From positions 558,001 to 622,000 of the forward strand of contig NC_089435.1 of assembly GCF_026210795.1 (NCBI RefSeq): 64,000 bases of DNA. The letters run 5' to 3'. Source of the stretch: Rhizophagus irregularis (taxonomy: Eukaryota). A program made the position numbers and the translations under genes. The first letter of the stretch is position 1; each line of letters starts with the position of its first letter. The notes under the pieces are model-generated. The model had not been told where the DNA came from. It worked only from the letters and a program-made list of their open reading frames with translations, and searched no databases. This document shows positions 56,227-64,000 of the stretch, piece by piece.

Positions 56227-57053
56227 AGCATAGCGGACATGCTTTTATCACCTTGCCGATCATTTGTCGATCATATATATATATCATATCACTTCTACTT
56301 TGAAGCATCGGGTAAAGCCATAAATGCTCGGGCAAATTATACTAATTGTTTTTTTTTGTCAGTTTAATTTATGAAAAATATACTATAAAAGTATTATGGC
56401 AAAAAAAAATGTATTTCCAAAGTTAGCCTTGAACCAAAATTTCCAATAATTTGATAATTGCCGATCATTTGCCGATCATCTGCTAATCTGATTTTGAAGC
56501 TTCGGGCGAAGCCACAGATTTACGGGCAAAACTTGAAATTTTTAAAATGTATTATTTAGGTATTCAAGAATCAATGGTTAAAATAAACCAGCAGAATTTT
56601 AGATAAACCAAAAGTTATCATTAAAAGAATGTTTATGAATATTATTAAAATATATATTAGGAATATTAGGAAAAAATTTTGGCAAAATTTTATGAACTGT
56701 TTAAAGAATTATTTTTTGTTTTATTTATTTAAACAACAAATTTGATCATTAAAAATTATATTGTTCATTTTTTTATAAATAGTCTTTAAAATTTTGTGAA
56801 GAAATACTCATTTTATTAGAATTTAAAAAGTTAGTACTAGTAAAAGTTGCCCAATAATGATGCAATCTTGATAAAATTTAATATGCAGTAAATCTAAATG
56901 AATATTAAGCTGTCTGTAGAATTTGAGTATATATTATTATGTAGAATTTTCAACCAAAGCCAATCAATTTAATTATAGCGAAGAGATAAAATTGAATAAA
57001 TGATCGACAAATGATCATCAAAATTGTGATAAAATAGGGATGTCCGCTATGCT
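56227..57053. mobile_element. Non-autonomous MULE-like element inside the kinase activation segment
   Basis: TIR AGCATAGCGGACAT..GATCATTTGTCGATCAT, 9-bp TSD ACATGAACC; removal restores DMGSCGEVDNIDETKIYGVMPY. Confidence 0.88.
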
Positions 57054-59459
57054 ACATGAACCCATGTCTGAAATATAGTTTGAAGTAGCCCAATAATAAG
57101 TATCCTTAAATAATATATTTCCCGTATGAAGATCACGATGAACCATCCGTTTTTGATGGATTTCATTAAGGCCATTAATAATATTATTTAACACTTTTAA
57201 TTTGTTTGGCCAATTAAAGTTTTTACAATTATTATTTAGCCAATTGTTAAAATTTCCACCTCTTGCATATTGAAGAACCATAACATAATCTTTTGTATTT
57301 GGATTTTGAGATATACCATATATTTTTAGAATTTCACCAGAATTATCAAAGTTATTAAAATCATTAATTGAATATGCTTTAACCTAAAGAAAGAAAACCT
57401 GTTAATTATAATATTTAAGAAAATTATTCAAATAATTAAATATTTTATATACCTCATTTAAAAATTTATTAGAAATATTTTGAGAATTATTTAAACATTT
57501 TAAAGCCACTATTTTGTTTAAATCCCTTTTGTATTCTTTTTTATCCCAATATAATAGGCCATTCCTCCATTTTGCTGAATATACTTTAGCAAAACCACCT
57601 TTGCCTATTTCTTTAATGTCATTAAATTGATAATATGGTATCCATTCAAATATTATGTCTTTATAGTCATTGATTTTTAGTTGCATTTCTTGAATTAATT
57701 TATCAATTTGTTCACTATTACTAGTCCAGCTTGCAAAGTTTTCTTTCAAATAATTCTTTTGACATACTTTACACCATTTATACTCCATATTTGCATATTT
57801 ATTACCACATTTATCACAAAAAATTTTAAAATATTTATCTTGATTAAGGACAATAATGTAATTGTTCTTTGTACTAGGATTCTGTGATATTCCGTATATT
57901 TGAAATTTATTATAATATGCTATAATCTATTAAAAAGTGTTAATATAATAAAAAATAATCCAAATTAAAAATAAAATTTACATACCTTATTTAGTAATTC
58001 ATTAGTAATATTTTGAAAACAAAATAAATATTTTATAATAACTGCTTTATTTGCTGAATTTCTAATATTCTCATTTTTAGAATGATAGTCATATAATAAT
58101 GGACCATCCTTCCATCTTGCTGAATGTGTTGTATTACTTAATTCTTTAATATCATTAAACTGATTATATGGTATCCATTCAAATATTGTATCATCATAAT
58201 CATTAATTTTTAATTGCATTTTTTGAATTAATTTATCAATTTGCTTATTTTTACTTGTCCAATTTGTGAAGTTGTTTTTTAAATAACTTTTTTGACATAA
58301 CTTACACCATTCATATTCTGCATTTACATATTTATTAGCACATTTATTGCAAACAATTTTAAAATATTGATCTTGATTAAGGACTATAATGTAATCTTTT
58401 GTACTAGAATTTTGTGATATCCCGTAGATTTGAAATTCTTTATAATGCGCTACAATCTATTAAAAAAAAATGTAAATACAATAAAATTAAGTGAAATTAA
58501 GTTTAAAAAATTTTACATACTTTATTTAAAAATCCATCAGTAATATTTTGTGAATCAGCAAGTAAATTTTTTAAAATAACTGATTTATTTTCTGAATTTC
58601 TTATGTACTCACTTTTGTATGTGTGGTCATACATTAAAGGACCATCTTTCCATATTGCTGAATATGTTTTGTTGCTTAGTAATTCTTCAGTATTATTAAA
58701 CTGATGGTATGGTATCCATTCAAATATTACATCCTTACAATCATTAATACCTAATTGTATTTTTTGAATTAGATTATCAATTTGTTCATTTCCACTGGTC
58801 CAGTTTGTGAAATTTTCTTTTAACCAATCTATTTGACATGGTCTACAGCATTTATAATCTGCATTTGTTAAATACTTTTCACATCTTATACAGCAATTTT
58901 CCAAGTATTTATATTCATCAAACACTATAATGTAATCCTTTGTATTAGGAATTTGTGATATACCATATAATTTAACTTTATTATAATATATTATAATCTA
59001 TTAAAAATGAATGTCAGTATATTATAATATACTTGAATTAAATTCATAAAAAAATTTACATACCTCATTTAGAAATTCATCAGAAATATTTTGTGAATCA
59101 ACTAAATATTTCAAAATAACTGCTTTATTTGTGGAATTTCTTGTATACTCATTTTTAAAGTAACAATTATATAATAATGGACCATTCTTCCATCTTGCCG
59201 AATATGCTGTATGACTTAATTCTTTAATATCATTAAACTGATAATATGGTATCCATTCAAATATTAAATCTTTGTGATCACTAATTCCCAACTGCATTTT
59301 TTTAATTAGATTATCAATTTGTTCATTTTCGCTAGTCCATTTTGTGAAATTTTCTTTTAACCAACTTATTTCACATGGTTTACACCATTTATACCTCATA
59401 TTTGTAAAATATTTTTCACATCTTACACAGCAATTCTCCAAATATTGGTCCTTATTAAA

Positions 59460-61615
59460 ACACTAAAAGATTTGTTGGTTGCCGATCGTACTAAAATAGA
59501 AAAGCTTGATTTGAAATGTATTTATATAATCAGCAAATCAATACCAAAGATGGGGGATCAGCATCTTAAAATGGAAATCACTCAAAAACTAATCTTATGT
59601 TAACGTTAAGTTAACGTTAACCTATCATGACATGTCAATCATTTCAAGTCATAACAATAACGTGACGCGCCACCCACCCACCCATAGGGTGATATTGCAC
59701 TTATATAGAATGATCTTTCTTGCTTAAAAATTATGGGATAAAATTTTTAGCAAATCATGTGAAAACTGAATAATTTTTTTGTTAGCCAAAAATGATCAAC
59801 AACCGGATGACAAATTTTAATATTATGTAAATAAACAATTTGTTTGTATTACTTATTTAAATATAGATACATTTTTTTTTTATTTTGAACCAAAAAATAA
59901 ACAATAATCAAATGGTAAATTTTCATTATCGTCATCATTACATTATCGTTATAATTAAAGTTCCCTGCCGAAATTAGGGAGTTTCGGCATGTCAAAATTG
60001 TCAAAACTATTTTGACATGTCAAAATTGTCGAAACCTAAAAATATTACATTTCACGTAATAACTCGGCGTCCAATGATCATAGAAAGATGCACCATAGCT
60101 CGTTGGAATCGTCTCATAACGACGAGTCGAATGGTGGTTAAATCGTCTTTCTACGATCACTGGATGCCGAGATATTAAGCGAAACGTCAAAAATCGGCAT
60201 TTTGTATTTTGCGATACTGCGTTATTTGACGTTTCACTTAATAACTCGGCATCCAATGATCGTAGAAAGATGATTTAACCACCATTCGACTCGTCGTTAT
60301 GAGACGAATCCAACGAGCTATGGTGCATCTTTCTACGATCATTGGATGCCGAGTTATTAAGTGAAACGTCAAATGGCGCAGTATCGCAAAATACAAAATG
60401 TTGATTTTTGACGTTTCGCTCAATATCTCGGCATGCAGTGATCGTAGAAAGACGATCTAACCACCATTCGACTCGTCGTTATGAGACGATTCCAACGAGC
60501 TATGGTGTATCTTTCTACGATCATTGGACGCCGAGTTATTACGTGAAACGTAATATTTTTAGGTTTCGACAATTTTGACATGTCGAAACTATTTCGGCAT
60601 TTCGGCATTTCTACAGGTTTTAGTTTCGACATTTCGACAATAGCCTGTAGAGTTTTGGCAGGCAACTTTAGTTATAATGCTATCATGAAAATTTTTTCAG
60701 GGTAGTAATTCTAAAAATGATTAACAATCAGATAATAAGATTGTTGTTTTATTATAATGTTATCATAAAATTTTTTTTCTCAACAATTGGATGATAAAAT
60801 TAAATAAATGTTATATCAAGTAATTTTTTATTTTGAAACAAAACAATAAACAACAACTAAATGGTAAAATTTCATTATCATTGTCTTATTATTATGATAT
60901 TCAGTTATCATAATTTTCCAGAACTAAAAATGATCAACAATCGGATAGTAGAATTGTTTTATTACAATATAATCATGAAAAATTTTTTTCCAGAGCCGTA
61001 ATTCCAAAAATGATGATAGTAAATATTAAATAAATGCTTTATCAAGTAATAAACAATCTTTCTGTATTGTTATTTAAAGTTAATCACATATTCTGATATA
61101 TATATTTTTTTATTTTTAAACCAAAAAATAAACAACAATCAAGATAATTAACCTTAAAATGATTAACAAGTGAAATAACTAAGCCAAAAATGATTAACAA
61201 GCAAAATAAACCGAAAATGATCATCCTTTACCAAATGAGAAAAAAATTATGTTAATAGCTAGTTAAGAGTAATTTCTCATTTTTTTTTATAGATATGTTA
61301 AATATAATCAAAAATTTTGCAAATAAAGTGAAAGTTATGGTTTGGCTAGAAAAGCCCGGCGAGCGAAGCGAGCCAAATGAAATTGCATCATCATAATAAA
61401 TCACATGAATATTTAATACACAATCACATGATCTACCAGTAATTTTTCCACCAGTTAAAATTTAGAAATTCTCTTTAAATCTTAAAAACTATTTATCATA
61501 ATAATTATGATACTGTATGGTAGTATAAACCAACTTAATTAAAAAAAAAGTCAGAATTATTACAGTTCTAATTATACTATGACTATAGCTCCCTGCCATG
61601 TTTAATGTTAACTTG
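59460..61615. mobile_element. 2.15-kb insertion without evident TIRs, flanked by TTAAA direct repeats
   Basis: Removal of the insert and one TTAAA restores the exon frame DYIIIFNKDQYLENCC. Confidence 0.7.
59959..60667. mobile_element. Nested Kolobok-like foldback element with three internal units of about 180 bp
   Basis: TTAA|AGTTCCCTGCCGAAA ... TTTTGGCAGGCAACT|TTAG; long near-perfect inverted repeat 60017-60585. Confidence 0.8.
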
Positions 61616-63558
61616 TTAAATATTATAATATAATCCTTTGTGTTAGGATCTTGAGATATACCATATATTTTAACCTTATTATAATAAGCTATAGTCTATT
61701 AAAATGAATGTCAATATATTATAATGTACTTGAACTTGAAATTTAATGAAATTTATAGAAAATTTACGTACCTCCTTTAAAGATTCATTAGTAATATTTT
61801 GTGAATTAACTAAGTATTTTAAAATAACTGCTTCACTTTCTGAATTTCTTTTATATTGATTTTTATAATAATTACATAATAATGGACCATCCTTCCATTT
61901 TGCTGAATATGTTTTATTGCTTAATTCTTTAATATCACTAAACTGAAAATATGGTATCCATTCAAATAGTGCATCATCATAATCATTAATTTTTATTTGC
62001 ATTTCTTGAATTAATTTATCGATCTGTTCATTTTTGCTGGTCCGGTTTGTATAATATTTCCTTAAATAATTTTTTTGACATACTTTACACCATTTATTCC
62101 ATAAATTTGTATATTTATTACCACATTTTCTGCAAAAAACTTCAAAATATTGATCTAGGTTAAGAACTATAATGTAATTCTTCATAATAGGATTTTGTGA
62201 TATTCCATATATTTTATATATTTGAAATTTATTATAATATTCTATAGTCTATTAAAAAATATGTTAATAATAAAAAAAAAATTGAAATTAAGTTTATCCA
62301 ACATTCACATACCTCATTTAAAAATTCGTTAGTAATATTTTTAATTAAATATTTTAAAATAACTGTTTTATTTGCTGAATTTCTTGTATATTCGATTTTA
62401 TAAGCGTGATCATATGTTAATGGACCATCCTTCCATCTTGCTGAATATGTTGTACTGTTTAATTCTTTAATATCATTAAACTGATTATATTGTATCCATT
62501 CAATTATCGTATCGTTATAATCATTAATTTTTAATTGCATTTGCTGAATAAAGTTATTAATCTGTTTGTTTTCAATAGTACAAGTTGTGAAATATTCTTT
62601 TAACCAATTTATTTGACATGATTTGCACCATTTAACATCTGTATATTTATTAGTACATTTATTGCAAAAATATTCAAAATACTGATCACTATTAAAAACT
62701 ATAATATAATCCTTTGTATTCGGATTTTGAGATATACCACATATTGCAGCTTTATCATAATATACTCTACCCTATTAAAAAAAGAAAAATTTAATAAAAA
62801 TAATTGAAGTTAAATTTACAGAAAATTTACATACCTCATCTAGAAATTCATTGGTGATATCTTGTGAATTAACTAAATATTTTAAAGTAACCGATTTATT
62901 TTCTAGATTCCTAGTATATCTTTCTTTATTCCAAACCAATGGACCATCCTTCCATCTTGCTGAATATGTTTTATTGCTGAATTCTTTAATATCACTAAAC
63001 TGAAAATATGGTATCCATTCAAATATTACGTCTTTGTAATCATTAATATTTAATTGCATTTTTTGAATTAATTTATCAATTTGTTTATTCATTTTGACAT
63101 ATAAATAATTATATGAATAAGATTTCCAAAAAAAATGCAAGTGCTAATACAATAAATGAATTTCGGCTTTTATTGTCATTTCGTATAACATGACATTAAT
63201 GAAGTTTGATATATGTAACATCTCACGAATTTGCCGATCATTTGCCGATCATTATTGATGACTTTTACATAAAAATTCTACAGATCACGCAAGATAAAAT
63301 TATTACAGAAATATGATATATATACATATATTTTTGCAAAAATCGAACAACTTACTGATGATTTGGCATTGTTTATTAAATTTCATACCATTAATTTCGC
63401 AGAAAAAATTTATTAAATTTCATTATTTTGTAGAAATTTAATGGCGTAATATTTTACGCCTCATAACCAAAAAAAGAAAAATATTTTACGTTTTTTTTTT
63501 TAATTATACAAATTTGATTGTCATATTTAATGAATAGATCGTTAAATTTAATAAATTT

Positions 63559-63640
63559 TGTGACACAATTTGTATATTTATTTGTGGCACAATTTATATA
63601 TTGATTTGTGGCACAATTTGTATATTGATTTGTGACACAA
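63559..63640. repeat. 24-bp minisatellite, about 3.5 copies, inside a probable further insertion starting near 63096
   Basis: TGTGRCACAATTTRTATATTKATT repeated. Confidence 0.85.
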
Positions 63641-64000
63641 CTTACATATTCAGTAAAAAACAGACAATAACTTTTCCCTATTTGGTAATTTGTTGTACTC
63701 TTTAAAATACTGTATTACAATTTTTTTTATATTTTTTAAAATAAAGTGACCCATAAACTCCCGGGTAAACGATCAACAAAACACTTGCAACGTATACTCT
63801 TTTTTGGTTGTGATCAACATGAAAACTTTGCGAATTTAATATCTTGATTATTGGATTTAGGAATAAGAATAATGAATCCTAAATCTAAAAGTTTAACGCC
63901 CACCCCACCCCATTCCTTGTGAATGGGAAACATTTATATATTTTTTCATGAATCAAAAAAAAAATTTTTAATCTATGTTACGCAAAATTTCAGATGATGT

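Larger units (their letters stand above)
55696..63095 (-). pseudogene. TKL-like kinase with at least 6 tandem N-terminal exon repeats, interrupted by insertions; 5' end not seen
   Basis: Repeated YGISQNP..CxxC..WCKxCQ..WTS..QID..EWIPY..ARWKDGPL..ILKYL..FLNE exons, then GKGGFAKVY, VALK, HRDLHTGNIL, SDMG, PYVAPE. Confidence 0.88.

Noticed and set aside
59461..59465. CACTA terminus suggesting a CACTA element
   Set aside because: No matching TAGTG at the right junction; the frame-restoring junction is the TTAAA direct repeat.
60020..60665. Three similar short ORFs as a peptide gene family, or a hammerhead ribozyme array
   Set aside because: The ORFs are translations of the foldback repeat units; no CTGATGA..GAAA core was found on either strand by eye.

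Overview
Very AT-rich, intron-containing eukaryotic DNA. The gene families present (expanded TKL-like kinases with WIPY motif, BTB-BACK-TLDc, F-box-like) suggest a Glomeromycotina, Rhizophagus-like fungus; this is inference. The window holds several kinase genes and pseudogenes, four BTB/TLDc paralogues, an intact RpiB-cupin fusion gene resembling plant DRT102, a near-intact hAT transposon, an 8.1-kb CMC/EnSpm-like transposon and many MITEs with identifiable TIRs and TSDs. The standout is the apparent AT-rich minisatellite at 23.7-27.2 kb. On the minus strand it reads as an array of spliceosomal introns, each pair separated by a variable 3-nt exon. There are 34 such exons in total, plus a phase-correcting 1-nt exon, and together they join a short first exon in frame to a protein kinase. 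This would be a single-codon microexon cassette array able to diversify a kinase N-terminus. All splice models were read by eye and lack transcript support.
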